64,000 bases of DNA from Selaginella moellendorffii (lineage: Eukaryota; Plantae; Lycopodiophyta): positions 339,296-403,295 of the forward strand of contig NW_003314385.1 of NCBI RefSeq assembly GCF_000143415.4, given 5' to 3'. Below, piece after piece: positions 23,291-36,790 of the stretch. Numbering within the stretch: position 1 is the first letter of the stretch; every line of letters starts with the position of its first letter. Below the pieces are notes generated by a model that had not been told where the DNA came from, ran no database searches, and saw nothing but the letters and a program-made list of their open reading frames with translations. A program made the position numbers and the translations under genes.

Positions 23291-24299
23291 ATTTCTCCAA
23301 CACTATCGATGTTTATTCTCTATCAATAAAACTTATTATACTTTATATAATTAATAAAAATGTGCTTTTTCATTTCACTTTTCACTTTATATGCTTCTAA
23401 GTGTTTTTTTCGCAATACTGCCCATAGTACTCGTGTGTCTCCATTTTTGTCTTTACCATCTCAAAAAAGACTTCATGGTAGTCTTTCGGGTGCGTGATGT
23501 TGCAGTATATCACAAGAGCATATATACCATCATATTGATCATTGCCATTATTTCCACTAAACGCTAGAAAACATATGGGGCATTTCTTGAAAGTGGCAGA
23601 ATTGCATTTTTCTAAAACAAGTAAGAGGGCATTCTTTTTCACCCAATTTGTTGCACCCTTTGTCATTGCATTTATCTCCAACTCATGATCACTATCCTCA
23701 CTATCCTCTCTTTCATTCTCTTGTGTAGTTTGGTTATGTTGTGCAATGGGATAATTATTACATCTCCTAGCCCTTGAACCCTAGGAAGAAAGATTTTGAG
23801 AGTTAAAATTACCAACATTAAAACCCATAAACATTTGTATGTATTTCCCTTTTTTCAAATGAGAGTGTGAATGAAGATTTCTAAATTCTAAACAGTATGC
23901 TATGACAAACCCCTCAAGAATGTATTCTAGAAAGTACCAAGTCTTTATTTTATATGCAATAAGCTTACATCAATGGTTATTTTTTTTTCCTTTCAAATGG
24001 TTATATGGCTTTACATAGAATCTTATTTCAAATTTACTAATTTTTTAATTCTGACAAACTTGACATTTATTAGCCAGAAAGCATAGAGTACAAATTTAAA
24101 GAAGTGACAAGAATACTCTTTTTGCAAACATTTTATTTTATGTTCTAACAAACGTCCCTATCATTGCATGTAGTAAATATTTAAATTATTAGAACAAGAA
24201 GTGTTCTTTAGAACATTTTTATCTATATAATATATAGAGAGTTATTAAATTATTAGGTTCGCCATAACCTTAAAATTTTAAAGTTTATAATGTTTGTAC

Positions 24300-25066
24300 T
24301 AAATTACAATTGAAAATTGAGCTCAACTCGTAATTCATCAACTCGTGAGCTCAAGTATGGTCTGTGCCCTTCTTTGAGTTATCTTACATAAGTTGTTTAG
24401 CATGCTATCTGAAATGTTTGATAGTTAAGTTTTATCATCAAATATTATTGATGGTATACTTGCTATTGAATTTTGTTGGATTGTCCTAAGTTATCATTGT
24501 CTATAACTTTAATATTGTCCATCTATTAATCTTTGAGTTTGGGCCAGTATAGGTAGACTGGCTTTTGCATTTTGTGTGCATGGTGAAATCTCTAATTATG
24601 GGGTAGCTACTGTCAACTGGTCACATCACCCGCCCCTCTGTCGATGTTCCTTTTATCATTTGAAAAGGGCGTGACCATGTAAACAACTCTAACTGCTTGT
24701 TTATAATAATCTATCTAAACCTTACTGACGAGTTTGGTTTCTTTGCTCATGAGGGTTGGGGCCTCTAGCTTCTCTCTCTATGTCCTTGCAGGTACGGGCA
24801 TATCACACTTTTGTAAGCTAGGTGACACCCAGAGCAACAAGGGTGGCTAACTCCGTTAATCATTTCCTTGTCGGAGACGGCCGGAAGGTGTCTAAGTTGG
24901 TAGCACATCCGCGTTAGACACAAAGGTTACCCCTAACTCATTTAAGTTGATCCATTTCTCACATAGTGTGATCACCGTGAACTATTTCTAGAGTTGTTTC
25001 CTTGGCGGTGGTCTAAACTCAAGTATGCATCAACGAGGACGTTGATCTTCCCTAAGGGGGGGAGAA
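24300..25066 (+). mobile_element. 3' internal end of a family C element, with PPT
   Basis: Reverse complement of ~33310-33700. Homologous to the D 3' UTR. PPT AAGGGGGGGAGAA at 25054-25066. Confidence 0.8.
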
Positions 25067-27019
25067 TGTCGCAAATGTGACTTTGGGTATCGAAAGTTAT
25101 CTGTCAGTTGTTCCTTTCGGATATTCTTTCCTTACTACCACGACAGCAAAAAATCGGTATTGCTAGACCTGTTATCAATTTCCCACTTGAGCTAGTTGAG
25201 AAACTGGTCAATGACCATGCACTCAAATTGGATAAACATTATGTGTTTTTTGCTAAGCATACTCGACCTGGTTTGAGAAACTTGAGTCTTTGGCTTGCAC
25301 TTGCTAGTATCCAGAACCCCCACGATATTGAGATTGGTCCCTTAATATTCACTAGATAATAACTTACCATGTCTGCCAAACACCCTCGCTATCATGCCTT
25401 TTGTGTTAATCCCAAATGCTATTTATGAAAAGTGTTTAGATTTGCTCATTTTGGCATATCTATGGAATGTAGAGATTGACCTGAACACAATGGTGTCTGT
25501 CCCGTGTCTAAATTCATAATCTAAGGACATTCCATATTTAGTAAGTTTCGAGCTTGTCCCAGAAACTAACTCCTGATACTAACGGAGGGTTGGGGTGAAA
25601 GCCCAAAGCATGTGTTCCATAAGGAGGGGGGGGGGATCGGGGGTTCCAAATTTATAATAGGGATAGTGGGTAGGTTGGGCATGGCCGACTAACTTGAGGC
25701 ATAGTTTAGCTTTTACTTGCGTGGTTGTCCTTGTTCTGCATCTGGCTTAGGTCTAAGCCCAAGTTCCATTCCATGCTAGCTAGTGGGGTACCCATGTCCT
25801 TGTGTTAGGCCACCGGTATGCCCAAATAGCACCAGATACCATTTGGCTCCGTTTTGCGTGTTAGTCCTAGCATTGGGATGCTAAATATTTTAGGACTATT
25901 TGAAGTCGCTCTGTGCCCCTGTCCCTTTGCTCCTTGGTGTCGCGAATGTAACTTCGAGTATCAAAAGATACTTGTCGGCTAGTCCTTACGGACACTCTCC
26001 TTACTACCACGATGGTAGGAAGTCGGTACTGTTGGTTCCCTTTATGGTCTCTGCCCAAGCTAGTTGAGAAACTGGTCAGCACATGTGCACTTAGACCGGA
26101 AGGGCACTAAGGAAGGATATCCTAAGTTGTTATTATGTCAAGCATACTTGACACGATGATGAGAAACTCATGATGTTGACTTGCACTTGCTAGTGTTGGG
26201 AACCCCCGCGATATTGAGATTAGTCCCTCAATATTCGCTAGATGATAGCTTACCGTGTCTGCCAAACACCTTCGCTATCATGCCCTTTGTGTTAGTCTCA
26301 TTTCCATCTTAAAAGCTATTTATGGAAAGTGTCTAGATCCGCTCATTTGGCATATCTACAGAATGTAGAGATTGGCCTAAACACAATGGTGTTCGTCCCA
26401 TGTCCAAATTCGCAATTTAGCGCTATTCCATATTTGGTAAGTTTCAGACTTGTCCCAGAGACTAACTCCTGGTACTAAGGGAGGCTTGGGGTGAAAGCCC
26501 AAGCATGTGTCCCTCAAGGGGGGGGGATATGGGGGGTTCCAAATGTATAGTAGGGATAGTGGTTGGAATGCATGTCCGACCACCTAAGACATTAGTTTGG
26601 CTTCCGCTGGGCTGTGTCACTCTTTGTTCTATGTCCGGCTTGGGTCTAAGCCCAAGCTCCACACTGCTCTAGTCGGTGGAGTACCCTCCTCCTCGCGTTA
26701 GGCCACCGGTATGCCAAAATTGTAGGTAGGTGCGTGGATACGGGGAGCTGGTGCTCGTGGGATTGTACTGGACCCTCATTCGTAGCGCAACGGGTTTGGA
26801 GTTAGGCTCCAAATTCAGGTGTGCTACATTTGGTATCAAAGCAATTGTCTCAGCGAATCCTATCCAAGTTTTGTCAAATTTTCTGACTCAAGTTGCATAC
26901 GCAGAGACTCTTCTAGTAGATCCGAAGCGACCTGCGTAGGATTAGTGGGATTGCACCATTCGGTAAGAACGTTGTATGCATGTTCAATTACTAATAGAGG
27001 CGTGCATGCAGCTAGCGGG

Positions 27020-30000
27020 ATGGTGAAAAGGAACCGTGCTAATGACACTGAAACATCTAGACGGGTGAATCGAGAGGAGGAAACTCCTGCTAAAGATGTT
27101 GTGGAAGGGGCTGAGGTTGAGTCGGAAGAGGAAGAGACAGATGTTGCGGTATTGCAACGTACGGCTCAAGAAGTCGAGATCGAGAATTTGCGAAGGGAGA
27201 TTCGCAAATTGAAGAAGGAGAACAAGAAGAGGAAGAAAGAAGCTAAGGCAACTAAATCAGCTAAGCCTAAGCAACCGGACTCCTCCTCAAGTTCTAAGGA
27301 CAATGAAGTTCTGCAGCCACCTCCGGTTGCACAAGTTTCAAAGTTCAAGCCTCCGAAACCACCCAACTTCAAAGTCATGCAGGACTATCAGGTTTTGGAA
27401 GACTAAGTCTACGATATGGAAAATTATTTCATAGCAGCAAACATAGATGATCATACGAAAGTTGAGTGCGCGCAATCCTTTCTCACCGATCATGCCAAAA
27501 CTTGGTGGCGCCAGGTGTGTGCTGAAAAAGGGCAGACTAAAAGTTGGACCAAGATGCAGTCTCGTATTCGTAGGGAATATTTACTGGATGATCTTGGTCT
27601 GAGACTTCGCATGGAGCTGCAACGGTTAAAGTAGCGAGGGGACCTTATGCATTACATTAATGCGTTTACTCAGAAGCGCATTATAATTGCAAATATGAGT
27701 GACGAAGATGCTCGGAGTTATTTTCTGGAGGGTTTAAGTTCATTTTCTCGCAATGAGATTTTGAAGTTTAAGCCGAAGACATACCTGGAGGGTAAGGAGG
27801 CAGCGCAGCAAGTTGCTTTTAGTCACTCGCTCATGGAACAATATCAGCAACCGCATGCTGGTAACTCAGATAGGAATAGAAATTCTGGGAATAAGCAAGG
27901 TGATCGGAAACAAAGGGTGGAAAGCAGGTACCGCCTTGAGGGCTCACAAGCTACGGTTAACAAAGGTGGTGGTGGTTGGAGACCACCAATAGCTTCTTCT
28001 GGTCCTAGGCCCTTTGTCCCTCCTTCTAGTGGGTACAAGCAGTAGCAATCTGCAAAACCTGCTCCTAGTGGAACGGGTAGTGTGGGTTATTGCTTCCATT
28101 GTGGAGAGTCAGGACATAGGTCCTCGGAATGTCCCAACAAGCATAAGACAAGGTCTTGTTTTAATGTCATGAGGGAAGACAGTGGTGGTGAAGCTAAAGG
28201 GGTTGACGAGTTGGTCAATGTAGACTATGAGGAAGAAGAGGTGAGTAACTTTCGCTGCTTTCCTCAAGCTTTTCTTGCAGTCAATGCAAACATTGATCCG
28301 TTGATTTATCTGGTAGGCTTTCTCTGTGGACACCGAATCCGAGTGATGATTGACACGGGAGCTATGCACAGTGTGATATCCGAAGACTTAGTTAAGTTGT
28401 TAGGATTGAATGCTGAGCAAATGTCACTTATGCACTTCCGGCTTGCGGAAGGTGGGCAAGTAGCCAAAAAGTTTGTGAGTGATGTTCCAATAAAGATATC
28501 CAAGTGGAAAGAAAGAGTGGACTTGGTAGTGTTGAAGATACCAAATTTTCAGATAGTGTTTGGTATGGACTTCTTCAACAAATATGTAAAGGGGATTTAT
28601 AGTGCTGGACAAAGTTGTATCACATTGAAGTCAGAAGGACATCCTGATGTATCCTTTCAATTGCAAAAGCGTTCCTCAAAGGAATGGGATGCAAAATTCC
28701 TAACTGTGAGGGCCACTCAAAAAGCAGCTAAGAGAGGATGTTGGACCTTTTGGGTTCAAGTGATGGAAGCTGAGGGTGTTGGTGACTTAGTTCGAATTGG
28801 CAACAGGGTTGATCCTGTACCAAAGAGGATATTGGAGTTGTTGGCGAGGAATCAGGATATCTTTCCAAAGGATTTGCCGCCAAGGCTACTTCCTAGCCGT
28901 GAGGTTGATCATCAGATTGAGGTTATTCCGGGTTCTAAACCACCTACGAAAGCTCCATATCGGTTGAACATCAAGGAGATGGCTGAACTCAAGAAGCAAC
29001 TCATAGAGCTTCTTGATAAAGGTCATATCCAACCAAGCAAGTCACCTTATAGAGTGCCGGTCCTTTTTGTTATGAAAAAGGATGGAACCATGAGGATGTG
29101 TATTGACTATTGGGCACTCAACAAAATCACGGTTAAAAACAGTTATCCTTTGTCTCACATTGATGACTTATTTGACCAACTCTTAAAGGCTAAGTATTTT
29201 ATGTAACTTGATTTGTGGTCCGGGTATCATCAGATACGGGTGGCGGATCAGGATGTGGAGAAGACAGCCTTTAAGACTCGGTATAGATCTTATGAGTTCC
29301 TTGTCATGCCGTTCGGGTTATGCAATGCTCCAGCGACGTTTAGCACTATGATGGATAGAATATTCAGAGATTATTTGGATGCATTTGTTGTCCTATATAT
29401 TGACGATGTTCTAGTCTTTAGTGAAATATTGGAGGATCATTTGAAACACTTGGAGCTAGTGTTTCAAAAGTTGCGCGAACACAAACTGTATGCTAAGGAA
29501 AGTAAATGCGCTTTTGGTCAATTGCGCGTAAACTTTCTCGGACATGTAGTTGGTGGTGGCGTGATTGAGGTTGATCCAAAGAAGGTGGAAACGGTGAAGT
29601 CTTGGGAAGTCCCGACCACTGTATCAGATGTTCGTTCCTTTCTTGGTTTGGCGGGATACTATCGCAAGTTTGTCCGCAATTTTGCAAGAATTTCTCTTCC
29701 ATTAACTGAGTTGACAAAGAGTAGTATTCCATTTCATTGGACACCAGCTTGTTAGCATGCTTTTGTACGGTTGAAGGAGATCTTGACTACGGTTCCTGTT
29801 CTCAAGATCCCAGATCTTGATAAATCCTTCGAAGTGCATTGTGATGCATCTGGTTATGCTATGGGTGCCGTGTTGCAGCAAGATTGTGACAAAGCGGTTG
29901 GTGTTATGCTAAGGCGACATGATTGTCCCATTGCATTCTATTCCAAGAAATTGGATGAAACTCAACAAAGATGGCCAACGCATGAGAAAGAGATGTTTGC

Positions 30001-31735
30001 TATAGTGTCGGCCCTGGAACACTGGAGACACTACTTGGATAGACATACCAAGGTTTATACGGATAGTAACACACTAAGCTACTTTGCTACGCAGCCTAAG
30101 CTTACCCCAAAGCAGGCTCGTTGGCAAGAGAAGCTTGCTAGATATGATATTGAAATCATATATAAACCTGGTAAAGACAATATTGTCCCGGATGCGTTGA
30201 GTCATCAGGCTCAATTCCGGGCAATATCGGCAATCAGTTCGGACTGGTTGGAGGACGTTCGGGCTTCGTATGGAAGTGATCCATTGGCGAAGGCAATTTT
30301 ATGTTGTGCGGGGTTGTTGAAGCAGAGCCCTGGTAGTGAAGCAACAAAAGTTGCTAGTCACACTAATGCAAAGCTTCACTTCTTAGTTCGGAATGGGCTT
30401 ATATTCTATAAGCAAGAAAGATTGTATCTTCCCTCTAAGGATCTTCAGCAGTTACTTCTGCGAAAACATCATGATGTTCCAACAGTGGGACATGGTGGAC
30501 AGCAAAAGACTCTGGCTTCTTTGAAAAAGGGATTTTTCTAGTCTGGTATGGAAGGTGATGTGGTGGACTATGTCCGTTTCTACCCTATATACCAGCAATG
30601 TAAGCGCAGAACTGAGAAACATGCTGGAAAGTTGCAATGCATTCCAGCACTGGCATGGCCATTTCAAAGTGTGACACTTGATTTCGTCACTTACTTGCTG
30701 AAGTCTAAGGGTTATGATACTTTGATGGTGGTTGTGGATTAGTTGTCAAAGATTGCACACTTCATTCCAACTGTGGGAACAGTAAATGCGAAACAAGCAG
30801 CAAAGCTCTTTTTCCATGAAGTAGTGCGGGTTCGTGGTCTTCCTAAAGAAATGATCTCGGATAGAGATTCGAGGTTTATGGGGAAGTTTTGGGGCACATT
30901 ATTCCAGCTGTTTGGTACCAAGTTGAAGTTTAGTACAGCTTATCATCCTCAAACTGATGGGCAGACCGAACGCGTGAATGCTCAAGTTGAGGATTATCTA
31001 CGGTACTATGTCACAGCGGACCAACGCGACTGGGTTGAGCATTTGGATACAGTAGAAATCTATTATAACAACATATTTCACAGTGCTATAGGCTGTTCTC
31101 CATGGGAGATGTTGCAAGGGAATGCTCGTGGGGTTCCTCAACAGATTGTTGTACCGAAACCAATGTCCAAAGTGTTGGTCCCAGCCGTTAAGACTTATGC
31201 GGAGCAACTACACCAAGGTTGGTCTCGGGCTACTAAGGCGATGGGCGACGCTCAGGATAGGTATCGACATGATAAGGATTAGCACCGTCGGGATGTATCC
31301 TATCAAGTGGGAGATCAGTTGTGGCTATCTTCCCGAAACTTGAACATTAAGGGCTCTTTGTCTCGGAAGCTCTTGCCGAGATATGTTGGACCCTATCAGG
31401 TGTTGAAACGCCTTGGTGATGTATCCTATCAGTTGGATATTCCACAAGAGATGTTCAACATTCATGATGTGTTTCATGTCAGTTTACTGGCCCCATATCA
31501 TGAGGATCCTGGTCACTCTCGGGATGTTTGTCCAGCTCCAGATGTTATTGATGGTGAACCGGAGTATGAGGTTGAGGCTATCCTTTTGTCCCGTAAGGCA
31601 CGTGATTGTCGAAACAAGGAATATTTAGTTAAGTGGAAAGGTTACCCATCTTGTGAATCAACTTGGGAACCTCTTAGGAATCTTACACATGCTCGTGAGC
31701 TTGTCACGGAGTATGAGAATCGTAATAAAAAATAG
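27020..31735 (+). pseudogene. gag-pol-chromodomain of D0 with multiple nonsense mutations
   Basis: [50 protein letters not shown]. Colinear with D1. Confidence 0.93.
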
Positions 31736-33105
31736 CTTTCGTAAACCTTGTAATAAATCTTGCAAATTAATAAAGTAATATATTTCTATCAATCAAAAGT
31801 GTCATTTCTCTTGCTCGTTCGTACTTGGGTCAGTTTTGGCAAGCTGACTTCGGCACTTTGGTGCATGGGTCCAATCCATAACCATGGGGATAACTATTAT
31901 AGACTGATCACAAGTCCCTGCCTCTCTCTCAATGCCTCACTTTTGGACAAGGGGTGTGGTCGTGTAAACAACTTAATCTGCCAGTTTATAATGATTGTCT
32001 AAATCTTCCCAACGGGGTTGATTTCTTGCTCAGAGGCAGTTGGGCCTCTAGCCTTATTCCTATGTCCCTGCGGGCAGGGGTGTATCATTCCTTTGTAAGC
32101 CAAATGGTACTCAGAGCAGCAAGGGTGGCTAGCTCCGTTAGTCATTTCCTTGTCGGCGACGGCCGGAGGGTGTCTAAGTCTTAACGTCTTTGGACGTAGA
32201 GGAGAGGTCATTCCATAACTCATTTAAGTCAGTGTGTTTCCCACATAGTGTGCTTTCCGTTAACTTTCGGGGTTGTTTCCTTGACGGTTTGCTAGACTTG
32301 GGTATACATCGACGAGGACGTCGATCTTCCCTAAGGGGGGGAGAGTGTCGCGAATGTGACTTCAGGTATCGAAAGATACTTGTTGGCTAGTCCTTACGGA
32401 CACTCTCTCCTTACTGCCACAATGGCAGAAAGTCGGTACTGTTGGTTTCTTTTATGGTCTCTGCCCAAGCTAGTTGAGAAACTGGTCAACACATGTGCAC
32501 TTAGACCGGAAGGGCACTAAGGAAAAAAATCCTAAGTTGTTATTAAGTCAAGCATACTTAACATGGTGATGAGAAACTCATGATGTTGACTTGCACTTGC
32601 TAGTGTTAGGAACCCCCACGATATTGAGATTAGTCCCTCAATATTTGCTAAATGATAGCTTACCGTGTCTGCCAAACACCCTCGCTATCATACCCTTTGT
32701 GTTAGTCTCATTTCCATCCCAAATGCTATTTATAGAAAGTGTCTAGATCCGCTCATTTGGCATATCTATAGAATGTAGAGATTGGCCTATACACAATAGT
32801 GTTCGTCCCGTGTCCAAATTCGCAATTTAGCGCCATTCCATATTTGGTAAGTTTCAGACTTGTCCCAGAGACTAACTCCTGGTACTAAGGGAGGCTTGGG
32901 GTGAAAGCCCAAAGCGTGTGTCCCTCAAGGGGGGGGGGGGGGGGGGGCCAAGGGGGGTTCCACAATGTTAGTAGGGATAGTGGTTGGAATGCATGTCCGA
33001 CCACCTAAGACATTAGTTTGGCTTCTGCTGGGTTGTGTTACTCCTTGTTCTGCGTCCAGCTTGGGTCTAAGCCCAAGCTCCACGCTGCTCTAGTCGGTGG
33101 AGTCC

Positions 33106-33281
33106 TGTAGCGCATGTGATCATGGGATGAGATTTGGAGATACTGTCACCGTGGATCCTTGGAACCTTGGGAGATAAATGGGGATAAAATAGCCACTAAG
33201 GGCTCTCTCATCAAGCAATTGCCCCTTTTCCAGTTGGCTTAAGGGGAGAGAGATAAGGTGCGCTACAGTTGGTATCAGAGC
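33106..33281 (+). repeat. 162-bp LTR-like unit followed by a perfect tRNA-iMet PBS
   Basis: TGTAGCGCA...TGCGCTACA at 33106-33267, then GT, then TGGTATCAGAGC at 33270-33281. Confidence 0.7.
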
Positions 33282-36200
33282 AAATGGCACGGATTCGATT
33301 CCCATTGATTATGTGACCAGTCGACAGTAGCTACCCCATGACTAAAGATTTCAATATGCACACGAAGTGCCGAAGCCAGTCTGCCTATTACTGGCCCAAA
33401 CTCAAAGATCAATAGATGGACAATATCAAAGTTATAGACAATGATATCTTAGAGTCGAAATTATCAGTGAATAAATCTTATATTAGAACACAAAAGTATT
33501 CCAAGTAAGGTATTATCTGATAAACTAGTATTACAGCATAGAAACCACCAAGATCATCATAATTGATAAACATAGGAATCACCATCCAACAAAATTCAAT
33601 AGCAAGTAGATCATCAAGGAAACTCAATGATAAAACTTAACTACCGAAAATGGCAGATAGCAAACACCACCAAACAACTCACAAAACACAACTCAAAGAA
33701 CACAAAGTATCATTGACTAACAAGCACAATGCTCGCGAATGTATCACCCGAAGGAAATAACATCCTAATCTATAAGAACTAACTCGAGCAATAATCAACA
33801 GAACAAAATGAATGTTGCAAAGCAAACAAACGCTTATTCATATCAACCATTGCACTAGCCAATCCGGATAGATCCCAGCCAATAACACTAAAGAACTCAA
33901 GTGGCCTAAGCAAGTGTCAGCAACATCCTACTAATGTCTCAAACCCAAGAGACCAATCCAGAGCAAACCACAAACAACTTGTGGTATTGCAAAAAGCCAT
34001 AAGCTATCAAAGAGAACAACTAACCATCATGAAAGATATTAATCATCCCATCAATAAGAGATATGCAGAATCATCATCTTAGAAGGAATCCACCATCACG
34101 AAGAATAGCAAATCAATCTAGATCAACGATAATCAAGCAAAACCTCGTACAAGGATAATCAATTATCCTAGTTGATAGTCAATCATCACCAATGATTGCT
34201 AAATGCAAATACTAACTTGTACATTGAAGCTAAAGAGCCAAAAATGCCTTCCCCCCAACAACTTCTAACAAATGGAACAATGAGCATAATAAACCCAAAG
34301 GACCGAAAGCTCGAAGAAGCCTATAGCTAAGTCTTGTCTAACAATGATCACAAGTCTTGCATGAACCAACTTCAATGTTAAAGAAGAAATCATAGTGCAA
34401 CCCACAATATCCTCCTCAACATATCCATAAGCCAAACTTTATAATGTAAAGCTGATGAAGAGCATTTCTGCATCAATCCAAAAGCTAAGCATAGCAAAGT
34501 TATGCTCAACAAGTGATCACCAAACGATCCTCCATGAATCCATCTATAGCAAGACGTAACTCACTTCATAGCAAGCACAAGAAGAATCATCAATGATTGA
34601 TATATTTCAACTAAAATCCCATAAGGATTCATCGATCACTAACTCTTCCTCTTGTAGAGTTAGCATAATCCACGACTAAATCACTTTTCAAGGAAAAGCT
34701 AAAACTCAACCCTCTACTAAATAATCTCGTCTAGAACACAACTAACTCAACTTGCCACTCAGTTCGTTTGAACGTCAACACAGTTGCTAACTAGCAAATG
34801 CACGAATGCCAACAACACAAAGCTATAGCCAAATCATCAACACTATTTTTATCAGAACTAATGAAACTCAATATCAATCCTACAGAGAGACATCTCATTT
34901 CACTTGAATCTCAATACCAACAATGTCAACAATAGGGCATTACTTCAATGCCATCAACATCAGAACAAAGCTAGAAGAAAGCAAGAGTGAATCACCACCC
35001 AAAGCTCTCAAGCAACCAAGCTAACCATAGTCGAAGATACTTTACTCAGTATCCAAGACCAATTTCTTCAGCAATACTCAGTTATAAATAACACTTCCTC
35101 AAGGAGTGAATCACCACATCCAAGACAAAATGAAATCCAACACCACAGACTAAATGTAACCAAATGATATCGACAGAGGTAGAGTCGACATGTCAACATG
35201 GAAAACCCATGTATGTCTAACGACACGATCCTCTGCAACACTATCCAGTAAAGCAAGCCCATCACTGCTAAATTATCATCGAGAAAAGCAAGTGTCAACA
35301 GTCCTTGATGAAGTCTACAAGTAATCACTAAATGCAAAGCAACTAACAATCACTCCTCAACATGCCTTCACAAGACCCAAACACCAATGCTTGTCACCAA
35401 GTTATATACTCGTCCAACAAGAACGTGATACCCCAGGTACGAGATAAAAGTTCATAGACAAGCACAAACTAAATGACCACTCGAATCCAACTCAACCGCA
35501 ATAAGCTCACTCAAACATTTAGCCACTAGCTCTGAGCATGCCTTGAAGAGGCTAGCTATGCATGATCAACACTCAGCCGAAACGAAAGTGAAGACCATGA
35601 GATGAACTCATATCGGTACACAACCTCCTCATAGACAAAGCTATAGTACGGGTACCAACATCTCAACCTCAAACAACTAAGTTGGACATCACCATCCTCA
35701 GCCAAGGCGCAGGGCCACCAAGACCAAGTCAAGATCAGTGAGAGCTCACTACTCTCATAGAGTCTAACGTAATGCAAGGTGCAACCTGCCACCAAGCACA
35801 ACGCTACAAAAGAAAGGTACAAGGGTCACCTTTCTGAGAAAAGTGCAACGGCCACTTTTTTATATCAACTCTAGACTCTATCCAACTCAATTATTTTATC
35901 CCCAAAAGTCAGCATCCCTTTCGGGCCGCATTATACAAACTACTTATCAGGGTCTAAGCTAACTGAAGTCAACTCCAACCCCTTCACTAGTTTGTACTGG
36001 CTTACGAAAATGGAATGGTTTTCGGCAAAGTGACCAACAGATCAGCCATTGGAGAAGTTTAAGAAAATTAGTGGAAAATTTTCCATCCCAGAGAAAGAAT
36101 GACTCTTAGTCCAGGAATAAAAACTTTCAAGACTCAACCAACTTCTTCCTACTAACAACTTCACATAGATTCCCTTCAACACAGATTCTTATGATCCATA

Positions 36201-36690
36201 ATATGCTTAAGCATCGAACATCTTTTTGCCCATATTTCCGATATCCAACTTCGACATCCGCAAAATGCAAAATGAACATCCAAGGCTTGATCACGGAGAC
36301 CACATCTTCGGATATCCATATTGCACTAACACTCTTCTTCAATCACCTTCAAGATCCAATGTAAAGCCAAAACACTAACAAAAAAAATGACATGGAAAAA
36401 TCAAGGTCCAAGGAAAATTCCTCATCACTTGAAATAACAATGCCACTTCCACTAACACAAGTGCTAGTGATGTCAATGCCCCAACTACACATCTTCTCCA
36501 TCCAACAATCTACTCCAAGTGCTAACGGATCAACCGACAAGCTATAGCAAATGAATGCTACAACCCTTTCCATCACCTAACAGGCAAACTCAAGGAAACA
36601 AGGTACCAACTTAAGCTTAGCATAATGGACCATCTCCGAGAATCCAGTTAAAGCTACCACAATGCTACTTCATGCAAGTAGACTAGCTTC

Positions 36691-36790
36691 NNNNNNNNNN
36701 NNNNNNNNNNNNNNNNNNNNNNNNNNNNNNNNNNNNNNNNNNNNNNNNNNNNNNNNNNNNNNNNNNNNNNNNNNNNNNNNNNNNNNNNNN
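36691..36790. other. Assembly gap (100 N)
   Basis: Run of N. Confidence 1.
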
